Assembly: GCA_964555075.1 (NCBI GenBank)
Contig: CAZKRE010000003.1
Span: 1 to 43,648 of the forward strand
DNA length: 43,648 nucleotides
DNA from: an uncultured Phycisphaeraceae bacterium
Lineage (GTDB): Bacteria > Planctomycetota > Phycisphaerae > Phycisphaerales > Phycisphaeraceae
Direction: 5' to 3'
Shown: piece by piece, positions 10,111 through 19,360 of the stretch
How positions within the stretch are numbered: the first letter of the stretch is position 1
How the letters are laid out: each line of letters opens with the position of its first letter
Translations under genes and position numbers: made by a program
Notes under the pieces: model-generated
What the model saw: the letters and a program-made list of their open reading frames with translations, nothing else
Told to the model about the DNA's origin: nothing
Databases searched by the model: none

Positions 10111-10143
10111 GAAGCCCACGCATGCCATGCGTGGGCTTCTTTC
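10111..10143. terminator. Bidirectional rho-independent terminator between convergent ugd and the PfkB kinase. Perfect palindrome gaagcccacgcatg c catgcgtgggcttc followed by ttt.
   Basis: 14-bp perfect inverted repeat read in the sequence. It sits in the 81-nt gap between two convergent stop codons. Confidence 0.7.
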
Positions 10144-10164
10144 ATGGGTCCCGCCTGAGCAGGC

Positions 10165-11076
10165 TCAAGCCCCCGCGTGGACGAGTTCGCAGAAGTCCCG
10201 GAGGCGTTCGTTGATATCGCTGCGCTTGATCTGCTTCAGCCGGTCGAGGCTGAAAGACTCGATGGTGAAGCTGGCGACGACGGTGCCGTAGGCCATCGCG
10301 CGGCGGAGCGTCTGGATCGACGCGTCCCCCCCCTTGCTGGCGAGGTAGCCCATCATCCCGCCTGCAAAGGTGTCGCCCGCGCCCGTGGGGTCGACGACGT
10401 CGCGGGCCGCGAATGCGGGCAGGGCGACCATCCCCTCCTCGTGCAGCAGGAACGCCCCGTGTTCGCCTTTCTTGATGACGACGAACTTCGGCCCCATCGC
10501 GTGGATCGCCTCGGCGGCCCGGACGAGGTTCGTCTTGCCGGTGAGCTGGAACGACTCCTCGTAGTTGAGCACGAGCCCGTCGATGTTCCGCAGCAGGTCC
10601 GACAGGGCCGCCTTCTCGTTGGCGATCCACAGGTCCATGGTGTCGGCGACGACGAGCTTGTGCTTGGGGAACTGCTCGAGCAGCGCGAGCTGCGCAGCCG
10701 GGTGCGTATTGGCGAGGAAGATGAACGCGCTGTCCTGGAACGCGGGCGGCACGGGCGGGAGCTTCTCGGCGAGCACGTTGAGCTCGACGGCCACGGTGTC
10801 CCGGACGTTCATGTCCTCGTGGTACTTGCCGTGCCAGCGGAAGGTCCGGCTGCCGGTGCGGCGCTCGAGGCCGGCGAGGTCGACGTCGAAGTGGCGGAAG
10901 GTGTCGAGGTGGGACTCGGGGAAGTCTTCCCCGACCGCCGCGACGAGGCGCACGTCGCCGAAGAACGACGCGGCGGCGGCAAAGTAGATCGCGCTGCCGC
11001 CGAGCACCTCATCCGCCCGCCCCGCGGGGCCATCAATCGTGTCGATACCAATGCTGCCGGTGACAATCAGGGACAT
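10165..11076 (-). CDS. PfkB-family carbohydrate kinase (ribokinase-like fold).
   Basis: C-terminal DPTGAGDTFAGG anion-hole/catalytic motif. N-terminal GIDTI...GGSAIY substrate-lid region. ATG at 11076 (MSLIVTG). The ORF-table start at 11082 is a TTG. Confidence 0.8.
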   Translation of the reverse strand: MSLIVTGSIGIDTIDGPAGRADEVLGGSAIYFAAAASFFGDVRLVAAVGEDFPESHLDTFRHFDVDLAGLERRTGSRTFRWHGKYHEDMNVRDTVAVELNVLAEKLPPVPPAFQDSAFIFLANTHPAAQLALLEQFPKHKLVVADTMDLWIANEKAALSDLLRNIDGLVLNYEESFQLTGKTNLVRAAEAIHAMGPKFVVIKKGEHGAFLLHEEGMVALPAFAARDVVDPTGAGDTFAGGMMGYLASKGGDASIQTLRRAMAYGTVVASFTIESFSLDRLKQIKRSDINERLRDFCELVHAGA

Positions 11077-11378
11077 CCGCAAAGCTCCGGGGAAGGTTGG
11101 GGCGGCGATGATAACGAGTAACGATCGCTGTCACGCCCAAGGTAACCGACCGACCCGAACAGGTGACGGAGCGAGACGTCATGGGGGCCGCCGGCGAGGT
11201 GCCTCATCAGCGGGCTCGTGCCTGCGGCAGGCTTACGGTGCCCAAGTCGCGGTCGTCCTATGCCCGCCGCGCACGCATCATCGGCTCGAACGCGTAGTGC
11301 TCGCAGGCCACGAGATCCTCCGGCCGGAGTTCGGGACCGTGGAGCGGGGCGACGATTCGGCTGGCGAGGGCGGGAGAA

Positions 11379-12977
11379 CTACTTCCGCTTGCGCTGCGTC
11401 GCCGCGTCCATGAAGTACTTGCGCGCTTCGCCCGCGAGGTAGAAGCTGCCCGCGACGACGATGAGGTCTTCGCGGCTGACCGCCCGAGCCGCGAGCCGCA
11501 CCGCCTCGGGGAGCGTCTCGGCCTTCTGCGCCATCTTGCCCGAGACCTCGTTGAACTTGTGGAGCAGGTCGTCGGGCTCGCAGGCGCGGGGGTTGGCCTT
11601 GGCACGGGTGAAGATCACCTTGTCGGCGCCGAGGCCGACCTGCTTGAGCATCCCGACGACGTCCTTGTCCTGGGCACACCCGAAGATCATGACGAGCGAG
11701 TCGTAGCTGATGTGCGCCCCGAGGGCCCGGATGAGCGCCTGGACCGAATGGGCGTTGTGGGCGCCGTCGATCAGAATCCGCGGCTCGCTCCAGACCTGTT
11801 CCATGCGCCCGGCGAGGGTCGTCTTCTGCAGCCCCTGAATGACGGACTCTTCGGGGAGGTTGAAGCCGTGACCCTTGAGCTTGTCCAGCAGCGCGAGCGC
11901 GAGGCCGCAGTTGTGGGCCTGGTGCTCGCCCTTGAGCGGGACGGGCAGGTGCTCGAACTTGCTCGTGGGCGTCGTGACGCAGACGCGGGTGTGGGGCCCG
12001 AGTTCGCGATTGGCCTCGAAGCGGTAGGAGAAGTCGATCTGCTGCCCGGTGACTTCGAGGGTCGTGCCGACGTTCTCCGCGGCGTCCTGGAGGACGGCCA
12101 TGACTTCCGGCGCCTGATCGACGGAGAGGGCGGGGACGCCCTTCTTGAAGATGCCCGCCTTTTCCTTCGCGATCGAGGCCAGGTCCTCGCCCAGGACGTT
12201 GGTGTGGTCGAGGCTGATGTGGGTGACGCCGGTGGCGAGGGGCGTGACGGCGGTGGTGGAATCCAGCCGGCCGCCGAGCCCGACCTCGAGCACCGCGACG
12301 TCGACCGCCTGGTCGGCGAAGTGCTTGAGCGCCGCGGCGGTCATGATCTCGAAGAAGGTGGGCGGCTTGTCGCCGAAAATCTTCTCCTTGGCGGCGATGG
12401 TCTTGAAGATCTCGGCCGCGTCCTGGTAGGAGATCATGCCCCCGTTGATGGTGATCCGCTCGCGCAGGTCGATCAGATGCGGGCTGGTATAGAGGCCCAC
12501 GGCATAGCCGCAGCCTTCGAGCATGCTCGCGAGCATGGCACAGGTGGAACCCTTGCCCTTCGTTCCGGCAACCTGGACGCACTTGACGCTCTCCTGCGGG
12601 TTGCCCAGCAGGTCGAGGAGCTTGCGCATCCGATCGAGGCTGAAGTTCTTCGCGTCGTAGCGGACCACGCGCATCCGCTCGTGGTCCGCGTGTTCATAGA
12701 GCCAGCGGAGAGCCGTGGTGTAGTTCGTGATGGCGATGCTCCCGGGGGCGCTCGGTCGCGCCGCGGAGCCGTTCGAGGCGGCCTTCGTGGATGATTTGGT
12801 GGCAGGCTTGGAGGCGGTGCGGGCGGCGGGCCGGGCTGCGACCTTCGCGGCGACCTTGGCGCCGGCCTTGCCGGGGGTTGCGGCGCGTGGGCTCTTGGGG
12901 GCGGCGGCGGCGGTACGGGGGGCCTTCGGACGCAACGATTCCGTGGTCCGGGCCTTGGACTTGGATGTTGATGGCAT
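11379..12977 (-). CDS. folC: Bifunctional folylpolyglutamate synthase / dihydrofolate synthase with an unusual N-terminal extension of about 95 aa that is rich in Ala, Lys and Pro.
   Basis: Mur-ligase P-loop VAGTKGKGST, plus the LGNP...VKCVQVAGT and HISLDH folC signatures. The only in-frame start that retains the conserved YTTALRWLY segment is the ATG at 12977. Confidence 0.85.
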   Translation of the reverse strand: MPSTSKSKARTTESLRPKAPRTAAAAPKSPRAATPGKAGAKVAAKVAARPAARTASKPATKSSTKAASNGSAARPSAPGSIAITNYTTALRWLYEHADHERMRVVRYDAKNFSLDRMRKLLDLLGNPQESVKCVQVAGTKGKGSTCAMLASMLEGCGYAVGLYTSPHLIDLRERITINGGMISYQDAAEIFKTIAAKEKIFGDKPPTFFEIMTAAALKHFADQAVDVAVLEVGLGGRLDSTTAVTPLATGVTHISLDHTNVLGEDLASIAKEKAGIFKKGVPALSVDQAPEVMAVLQDAAENVGTTLEVTGQQIDFSYRFEANRELGPHTRVCVTTPTSKFEHLPVPLKGEHQAHNCGLALALLDKLKGHGFNLPEESVIQGLQKTTLAGRMEQVWSEPRILIDGAHNAHSVQALIRALGAHISYDSLVMIFGCAQDKDVVGMLKQVGLGADKVIFTRAKANPRACEPDDLLHKFNEVSGKMAQKAETLPEAVRLAARAVSREDLIVVAGSFYLAGEARKYFMDAATQRKRK

Positions 12978-13193
12978 AGTCGGATGAGTGTACCGAAATC
13001 CGACTTCACCGTCAAATGGATCTCTTTAAGCTCTTATTCGGGAGCGTCTTATGGGGGTGCCGCCCGCCGGTGGCGCCGGTCGCGGCTTGGACGCCGATGC
13101 GGGTACCCCGTAGACTGCCGCTCCGACTCGACGCTCCCGCATGGAGCTCAGGCGGGCCGGGTTGGGCTGAGACAGAGAACCGGAGACACAACC

Positions 13194-13769
13194 GTGCCGA
13201 TCGAAATTGAAGCGAAGATGCGGCTCGGCGACCTCGCCGCGCTCGAAGCCCGCCTCGAAGAGGAAGGCGCCACCCGGCTGGCGGTCATCTTCGAGACCAA
13301 CACGTTCTTCGACACCCGCGACGGGGCGTTCAAGAGCAGCGATCAGGGCCTGCGGATCCGCATCGAGCGGGGCGAGGGCGGGGATGAGCGGGTGGTGCTC
13401 ACCCACAAGGGGCCGCGTGCCCACGGCCGGCTCAAGAGCCGCAACGAAACCGAGGTCGTCGTGGACAGCGGCCGATCCGCGGCGGAGCTGTTGGGGGCGC
13501 TGGGCTACCTGCCGGTGCTGACGTTCGAGAAGCGGCGGACGCGGTACGAACTCGGCGGCTGCCGCGTCGAACTCGACGAGCTGCCTTACCTCGGCGCGTT
13601 CTGCGAGATCGAGGGACCGAACGACGAGACGGTGCTCGCGGTCCGGGAGAAGCTCGGGCTGGCGGAGGCGCCGCTGGTCCACGCGAGCTACATCGCGATG
13701 CTCGTGAGCTATGCCCGGGAGCACCACCTGAAGGCGAAGTTGATCCGCTTCGAGCCTGCAACGGCTTGA
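13194..13769 (+). CDS. CYTH-domain protein (CyaB/thiamine-triphosphatase-like class IV adenylyl cyclase or triphosphate tunnel metalloenzyme).
   Basis: Begins with the hallmark EIEAK motif (VPIEIEAKMRL). Acidic and basic residues alternate along predicted beta-strands. GTG start 7 nt after GGAGA. The first 70 codons of ORF 12984..13769 are non-coding. Confidence 0.7.
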   Translation: MPIEIEAKMRLGDLAALEARLEEEGATRLAVIFETNTFFDTRDGAFKSSDQGLRIRIERGEGGDERVVLTHKGPRAHGRLKSRNETEVVVDSGRSAAELLGALGYLPVLTFEKRRTRYELGGCRVELDELPYLGAFCEIEGPNDETVLAVREKLGLAEAPLVHASYIAMLVSYAREHHLKAKLIRFEPATA

Positions 13770-13801
13770 GGGTTGGGCATCAATGTTGATTCATCGGATC
13801 G

Positions 13802-14719
13802 TCACCCGCGGGGATTCCCGGTGCCGTCCGCGATCTGGAAGCCGCCAAGCCGTTCGAGGGCGGTGATGATGGCCTGCGTCCCGCGGCGTCCGCCGCCGTG
13901 CTCGGCAACGTCGCGGAACCGGTCCCGGGCGAGCGCGACGCCGTCGAGGGGCAGGCCGTGATCGCGCGCGGTGTCCGCCACGATCGCGAGATCCTTCAGG
14001 ACGAGGTCGATCATGAACCCGGGGGCGTGGTCCCCGGCGGCGATCTTCGGGCCCAGGTTCGTGAGCTGCCACGAGCCCCCCGCTCCCGCGGACACGACCT
14101 CGATCATCTTGTCCAGGTCGAGCCCGGAGGCCTTCGCGAGTGACAGCGCCTCGCAGACGCCCAGGAGGTTGCACGCGACAGCCACTTGGTTACAGGCCTT
14201 GCACGCCTGCCCCGCCCCGCTGTCGCCGACCCGGGTGATTCGTTCGCCCATGCACCGCAGCAGCGGGAGGACCTCGTTGAACGCGGCCTCAGGGCCGCCG
14301 ACCATGATTGAGAGCGTCCCCTTGCGGGCGCCGCTGTCGCCGCCGGAGACGGGGGCATCGAGGAGCGTCACGCCCCGCTCGGCCAGACGCTCGGCGAATC
14401 GCTTGGTTGCGACGGGGCTGATGGTCGAGTGATCGACGACGAGGAGGCCTTCCGCGGCCGCTCCCGCGACGCCCTGTTCTCCGAAGAGGATCTCGTCGAC
14501 GTCGGGCGTGTCGGTGACGTTGAGAAAGATCACCTGTGGCTGGCGGCGGGCGACATCGGCGGGCGACTCGCAAGCCTCCGCCCCCTGCTCGACGAGTGGG
14601 GCCGCCTTGGACGCGGTGCGGTTCCAGACGAGGACCCGGTGGCCGTGCTTGAGGAGGTTCGACGCCATCGCGGCGCCCATGATGCCGAGTCCGAGATAGC
14701 CGACGGTGGTGGTGCTCAT
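13802..14719 (-). CDS. NAD(P)-dependent beta-hydroxyacid dehydrogenase (3-hydroxyisobutyrate dehydrogenase / 6-phosphogluconate dehydrogenase-like family).
   Basis: N-terminal GYLGLGIMGAAMASNL Rossmann motif. Conserved catalytic lysine region (SGAGQACKACNQ). Confidence 0.85.
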   Translation of the reverse strand: MSTTTVGYLGLGIMGAAMASNLLKHGHRVLVWNRTASKAAPLVEQGAEACESPADVARRQPQVIFLNVTDTPDVDEILFGEQGVAGAAAEGLLVVDHSTISPVATKRFAERLAERGVTLLDAPVSGGDSGARKGTLSIMVGGPEAAFNEVLPLLRCMGERITRVGDSGAGQACKACNQVAVACNLLGVCEALSLAKASGLDLDKMIEVVSAGAGGSWQLTNLGPKIAAGDHAPGFMIDLVLKDLAIVADTARDHGLPLDGVALARDRFRDVAEHGGGRRGTQAIITALERLGGFQIADGTGNPRG

Positions 14720-14773
14720 GCCCGGGTTATAGCACCGTTCGCCGGCGACACCACAAGGGGAAACCGGGGGCCG

Positions 14774-15097
14774 TCATTCGGCGGGGACGAGGAACTTGAG
14801 GCCGAGGATGCCCATCACGATGAGGGCGATGCAGAGGAGCCGCGCCGGGTGGGCCGAGTCGCCGAAGATCACGATGCCGAGGATCACCGTGCCGACGGAC
14901 CCGATCCCGGTCCAGACGGCGTAGGCGGTGCCGACGGGGAGGCTGCGCATGGCCCAGCCGAGCAGGATCATGCTCATCGCCAGGGTGACGGCGGTGAAGA
15001 TCGTGGGGCCGATGCGGGTGAACCCTTCGGACCACTTGAGGCCGATGGCCCAGGCGATCTCGAGCAGGCCGGCGAAGAACAGGATGAGCCAGGGCAT
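14774..15097 (-). CDS. sugE: SMR-family quaternary-ammonium / guanidinium exporter (SugE/Gdx type, 4 TM).
   Basis: 107 aa with four TM helices and the conserved glutamate in TM1 ([11 protein letters not shown]). Start at the internal ATG (MPWLILFF). The ORF-table start at 15130 would overlap the upstream gene's stop. Confidence 0.8.
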   Translation of the reverse strand: MPWLILFFAGLLEIAWAIGLKWSEGFTRIGPTIFTAVTLAMSMILLGWAMRSLPVGTAYAVWTGIGSVGTVILGIVIFGDSAHPARLLCIALIVMGILGLKFLVPAE

Positions 15098-15113
15098 GGG
15101 TGGGTCTCGCGAA

Positions 15114-16409
15114 CTAGGCGGGGGGTGCATCGTCGGCCCGGGGGAAGTCCGGGTCGCGCAGGGGGATGACCGGTGCGCTGCCCGTCAGCGCCTGGACCAG
15201 CGGGTCGGTGGTGTCGCGGGGGTCGATCGGCACGGCGGCGAAGACCGCGGGGGCGCCCTCCGCAAGCGTGGCCTCGTGCTCCCGGAACTCCAGGGCGTGC
15301 ATCCCGTTGACCGTCCCCATGGCCAGCAGCGTCTGGGGGTCGGCCCCGTCGCGGCGATAAAGGTACCGCATCTGGGCGAGGATGCTCATGGGCTGGGGCT
15401 CGGCCTCCGCTCGCGGCTGACAGAGGATCGAATCGGTCCCGAGGCAGACGTTGATCCCCGCGGTGAGCATCTCGCGGTAACGGTGGCCCGAGTGGCCGAA
15501 GTAGTCGCTGGCGATCGGGCAATAGACGACGCTTGTCCCGGTGCGCTTGAGCAGTTGGAGGTGAGCATCGTCGACGTAGTTGCAATGGGCGAGGAGCCAG
15601 CGGGCACGCGTGAGGTGCGGCTCGAGGTGGTCGAGGGGGTGCAGGCCGGTCGCGGAGGCGGCGATGTCGGCGTCGGTGCAGCCGTAGTGACGGGCGTGGT
15701 CGACGTAGGGGCCGGTGCCGTCGCGGAGGAAGGCCAGTTCCTCCGGCGTCTCGGCGGCGTGGGTGCAGACCCTGTGGGCACGGTTCTCCGAGAGGTCGGT
15801 GGCGGCCTCGAAGACCTCCAGCCCCGCGGTGTAAGGCGCGTGGGGCGAGATCCCGACGACGACCCCCCGGCCGTGGCCGGGAACCGGGCTCTCGAACGGC
15901 AAGGCCGCCAGCCGCTCGCGCAGCTGTGCCACCCGGCCACCTTGGCGCGCGCCGAGCCCGAAGGCCTCGAGGTAGCTCACGCCCGGTGCGGCGGCGGCGA
16001 TGCGGGCGAGGATGGCGTCCGGGTGGTAGGCGACGTCCCCGATCCACTCGACCCCCGCGGCGCGGGAGAGCGCGACGCCCCGGTGGACAGCGGCGCGAAT
16101 GGCGTCCGCGGTGGTCGGGCGGGCGGCGGTGACCCGCCTGAGCCACGCGGGGAAGTCGACGTCGCAAGCCTGTGGGCCCAGATCGGTCAGGTCGAGGTGG
16201 GCGTGGGCGTTGACGAATGCCGGCAGCAGGAGCAGGTCCGGCCGCTCGACGATCTCCGCGTGGCGCAGGTAGCGGCGGTGGAGCTTGTCGGCGTCGCCGG
16301 CGGCAACGACCCGGCCGTCCTGGACGACGACCGCGCCGGGGCGTGCGTCGGCACGGGCCGCGTCTCGGATGGCGGCGACCACAAAGGCACGCAGAGGCTT
16401 GTCTTTCAT
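15114..16409 (-). CDS. Metal-dependent amidohydrolase (chlorohydrolase / nucleoside- or MTA/SAH-deaminase-like subfamily).
   Basis: HxH metal-binding motif NAHAHLDLT near the N-terminus. Conserved downstream His/Asp (HAAE, GTDS). GGGAG lies upstream of the ATG at 16409. Confidence 0.75.
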   Translation of the reverse strand: MKDKPLRAFVVAAIRDAARADARPGAVVVQDGRVVAAGDADKLHRRYLRHAEIVERPDLLLLPAFVNAHAHLDLTDLGPQACDVDFPAWLRRVTAARPTTADAIRAAVHRGVALSRAAGVEWIGDVAYHPDAILARIAAAAPGVSYLEAFGLGARQGGRVAQLRERLAALPFESPVPGHGRGVVVGISPHAPYTAGLEVFEAATDLSENRAHRVCTHAAETPEELAFLRDGTGPYVDHARHYGCTDADIAASATGLHPLDHLEPHLTRARWLLAHCNYVDDAHLQLLKRTGTSVVYCPIASDYFGHSGHRYREMLTAGINVCLGTDSILCQPRAEAEPQPMSILAQMRYLYRRDGADPQTLLAMGTVNGMHALEFREHEATLAEGAPAVFAAVPIDPRDTTDPLVQALTGSAPVIPLRDPDFPRADDAPPA

Positions 16410-16505
16410 GCCCGGAGGCTCCCGTTCCCGATATCCGCTTCATGCCGCCGCATCGCCGCGTGGGTGTCACGCCCCCACGGCGAGGTGAGGCGGCATTGTG
16501 CGGGT

Positions 16506-16548
16506 TTGGGTAAGCCTCGCCAACCCGGTATTATCGCGGTCCGATAAT
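16506..16548 (+). promoter_or_regulatory. Candidate sigma70-type promoter (TTGGGT -17 nt- TATTAT) overlapped by a palindrome ATTATCG-cggtc-CGATAAT. Possible operator for the ompA-like/exosortase gene block.
   Basis: Hexamers and the 7-bp-arm inverted repeat were read directly in the 230-nt divergent intergenic region upstream of the CDS at 16642. Confidence 0.35.
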
Positions 16549-16641
16549 CCGGGGTGGACCCGCCCGAGCCCGAGGCCAGGAAACCGCGGGAGTCCCGACA
16601 CCCGGGGCCGCGGCACGATGCGAGACGCGAAAGGACGACGG

Positions 16642-17532
16642 ATGAAGGTCAAGGTTCTCCTCCTCACCACGGCGATGGCGCTGGGCACGGTCGGCTGTGT
16701 CGCCCAGGGCGAACGCGACAATCTCCAGCGGCTGTACCGCCAGGCCCAGGAGCAGATCATCGACCTGCAGTCGCAGATCGAAGAGAAGAATGCTCAGATC
16801 GATGCCCTGCGGAACCAGGGGCCGGACCAGGCGACGCTTGCCCGGCTGCGGGCACTCGAGGCGGAGCGGAACGCGCTCCAGCAGGCGCTGGCAGATGCCG
16901 AGGCCCAGCTCCGTGAAGCGGGTACGGCCAGCGTCGCCCTGCCGCAGGACCTGGACACGGCCCTGCGCGACCTCGCCCAGCAGTACCCCGACCTGATGGA
17001 GTACGACGCGCAGCGGGGCATGGTCAAGTTCCGCAGCGACCTGACGTTCGCGCTCGGCTCGGCGGACGTCAACCCCGGGGCGCAGGCGACGCTCCAGCGG
17101 CTGGCGGGCATCCTCCAGCAGCCGGTCGCCCAAGGCTACGAGGTCCGCATCGTCGGCCACACCGACGCGGCCCCCATCCAGCGGCCCGACACCCGCCAGC
17201 GGCACCCGAACAACTGGTACCTGTCCGCCCACCGCGCGATCTCGGTGCGCGACGTGATGGAGCGGGCCGGCCTGCAGCCCAGCCGCCTCGGCGTCGGGGG
17301 CTACGGGCAGTATCGTCCGATCGCTCCGAATGACGCCCGGGGGCAGAGCGAGGCGAACCGCCGCGTTGAGATCTTCATCGTCGAGATGCCCGGCAACGTG
17401 GGTATGGGCGGCGGATCGCCCGCCACCAGCGGCGGCGCGTCGGCTCAGCCGATGCTCGCCCCGGTCGATCCGGCCCCCGCACCGGCCGCGGAACGTCCGG
17501 CACAGCCGGAAACTCCGGAAATGTTTAAGTGA
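16642..17532 (+). CDS. OmpA/MotB-family peptidoglycan-binding lipoprotein with an N-terminal coiled coil.
   Basis: Signal peptide ending in a cysteine (LGTVGC). A roughly 100-aa coiled-coil region follows. C-terminal OmpA-like domain with NRRVEI signature. ATG at 16642 is 7 nt after AAGGA. Confidence 0.8.
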   Translation: MKVKVLLLTTAMALGTVGCVAQGERDNLQRLYRQAQEQIIDLQSQIEEKNAQIDALRNQGPDQATLARLRALEAERNALQQALADAEAQLREAGTASVALPQDLDTALRDLAQQYPDLMEYDAQRGMVKFRSDLTFALGSADVNPGAQATLQRLAGILQQPVAQGYEVRIVGHTDAAPIQRPDTRQRHPNNWYLSAHRAISVRDVMERAGLQPSRLGVGGYGQYRPIAPNDARGQSEANRRVEIFIVEMPGNVGMGGGSPATSGGASAQPMLAPVDPAPAPAAERPAQPETPEMFK

Positions 17533-17567
17533 GTTCCGGGGGAATCTGACGAACCCGGCCAGGCTCC

Positions 17568-17594
17568 CGCCCGTCCTCATCCGACGGGCGTTTT
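17568..17594 (+). terminator. Rho-independent terminator after the ompA-like gene: cgcccgtc ctcatcc gacgggcg tttt.
   Basis: 8-bp perfect stem, 7-nt loop and a TTTT run, 36 nt after the stop codon. Confidence 0.75.
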
Positions 17595-17644
17595 ACTAGG
17601 CCGCTCGCCTCCCGGGCGGCCGCTGCTGAGGGTGGTCGCCGAGC

Positions 17645-19270
17645 ATGACGCGGATCGCATATGCCGACGTGGACGCCTCCCGCCCGGTGACGCCGGTCGT
17701 TGGTACGCCGCGCCCGTGGCAGGGCCGGCTGGCGGGGGCGGTGGCGCTCACGCTCCTGGGGGTGATCGCCTGCGCCGATGCCTGGTTGGACATGCTCCTC
17801 ATCGCGAAGATGGACGAGGAGGCGAGCCACCTGTGGCTCGTTCCGCTCGTCGCCGCCTGGCTCGTCTTCTCCCGGAAAGAAGTGCTGCCGGCGACTCCGC
17901 TGCGGTCGACCCTGCTGGGCCCGGCGATCGTGCTCCTGGGCGGGGTGATGAACTGGTACGGGTTCTATTACTTCACCCAGGCGGCCTGGCACGGCGGCGC
18001 GGTCCTTGTCGCCATCGGTTGTTTCCTGACGCTCATGGGGTGGCGTCTGGCGTGGCAACTGCTCCCAGCCTTCGCCGTCCTGCTCTTCCTCGTGCCCGTT
18101 CCGGGCATGATCCGGCAGGAGATCGCGATCCCCCTGCAGTCGATCAGCGCCACGATCACCCGCTTCCTCTACGAGCTTGTTGGACTGACCATCACCCAGA
18201 CCGGGAACCAGCTCCACTTCAACGGGCAGCCGATCCTCATCGCCGAGGCGTGCAACGGCATGCGAATGGTGTTCGCGCTGCTGCTTGTCTCCTACGCGAT
18301 CGCGTTCAGCGCCCCCTACCGACTGCCCGTGCGGATCCTCCTGATCCTCCTCAGTCCCCTGCTGGCGATCGTCTGCAACGTCATCCGCCTCGTCCCGACG
18401 GTGTACCTCTACGGCCAGAGCCAGGAATGGGGCGACCTGTTCCACACGGTGTCCGGTTGGGCGATGGTGGTCGTGGCGTATGTTCTGGTGATGGGCGTGC
18501 TCGGGGCGCTGCGCTGGCTGGACGTGCCCCTCGAGCGGTCGGGTGGCGACGCCGCGGGCGAGATGGTCGCGGCGCCGGAAGCCGCTCGGGTGCCGTCGCA
18601 GTCCGGGGGGCGCGCGCTGCCGCCGGCGGTGCTGGCGGTCGCGGCGGTCGGGCTGATCGGCGCGCTCGGCCTGCAACGGCCGCGAGCGGCGGACGCGACG
18701 CCGTACCACGCGGTGACGGCGGCGGCGATGGCGGAGTCGCCCCGGAACATCGGAGACTGGATCGGTCGCGATGACCCCCTGCCGCCCGCGGCGGTGATGC
18801 TGCTGCGGCCCAACGCCACCGTCAGCCGGATGTACACCAACCTCGCCACCGGCGAGACGGTCCACTTCGTGATCGTGCAGACCCGCGACGCCCGGGACAT
18901 GATCGGCCACTACCCACCCAACTGCTACCCCAACGCCGGGTGGATCGCGGCGGGTCAGGAGCCGCACGTCTGGCGGGCGGGCGACCTGGAGATCCCCGGG
19001 ACGCTCTATGCCTTCCGCTTCGACACGCCGCAGGGTGCGGCGAGGCGGGTCGTGGCGAACTTCCTCCTCCTGCCCGACGGGCGGTTTCCCCAGAGCATGG
19101 GGGAGGTGGTGGAGATGAGTTCCGACCACACGAAGCGTTTTTTTGGCGCCGCGCAGGTGCAGTTGCTGATCGATCAGTCGGTCGAGCCGGCGCGGCGGGA
19201 CGCCATCGTCGAGGAACTGCTCACGGCCCATCGGCCGATCATCGACGCCATCCGTTCGGGACACGAGTGA
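17645..19270 (+). CDS. Exosortase (EpsH/Xrt family transpeptidase) fused to a C-terminal EpsI-like exosortase-associated domain.
   Basis: N-terminal EEASHLWLVPL motif. Catalytic cysteine in IAEACNGMRMV at codon 203 (nt 18251-18253). Conserved N-x-x-R (CNVIRLV). About 8 TM helices. A further TM anchor and a periplasmic domain (residues about 320-541) resemble EpsI. The Xrt subtype was not assigned. Confidence 0.75.
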   Translation: MTRIAYADVDASRPVTPVVGTPRPWQGRLAGAVALTLLGVIACADAWLDMLLIAKMDEEASHLWLVPLVAAWLVFSRKEVLPATPLRSTLLGPAIVLLGGVMNWYGFYYFTQAAWHGGAVLVAIGCFLTLMGWRLAWQLLPAFAVLLFLVPVPGMIRQEIAIPLQSISATITRFLYELVGLTITQTGNQLHFNGQPILIAEACNGMRMVFALLLVSYAIAFSAPYRLPVRILLILLSPLLAIVCNVIRLVPTVYLYGQSQEWGDLFHTVSGWAMVVVAYVLVMGVLGALRWLDVPLERSGGDAAGEMVAAPEAARVPSQSGGRALPPAVLAVAAVGLIGALGLQRPRAADATPYHAVTAAAMAESPRNIGDWIGRDDPLPPAAVMLLRPNATVSRMYTNLATGETVHFVIVQTRDARDMIGHYPPNCYPNAGWIAAGQEPHVWRAGDLEIPGTLYAFRFDTPQGAARRVVANFLLLPDGRFPQSMGEVVEMSSDHTKRFFGAAQVQLLIDQSVEPARRDAIVEELLTAHRPIIDAIRSGHE

Positions 19271-19360
19271 GCCCCCGGCCGGGCTTGCCGCTCCTGCCCC
19301 GCGGGCGGGACGGCACTGCGGGCTAGCCGGGCTCTGAACCCTTGAGATTGGGACAGCGAT

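Noticed and set aside
11083-11378. 300-nt gap between the PfkB kinase and folC, with small ORFs 11039..11413 and 11218..11442.
   Set aside because: Their translations are Arg/Pro/Gly-rich and have no start-site signals. Treated as non-coding promoter/leader region.
14774-15130. Apparent in-frame TAG inside sugE, and an apparent 1-nt offset of the 14928 ORF start, when I read the printed sequence by hand.
   Set aside because: Three independent ORFs in the supplied table (14774..15130 minus, 14429..15169 plus, 14928..16547 plus) agree with each other on this region. I attribute the discrepancy to my miscounting of a G-run and a line junction, not to a real frameshift or pseudogene.
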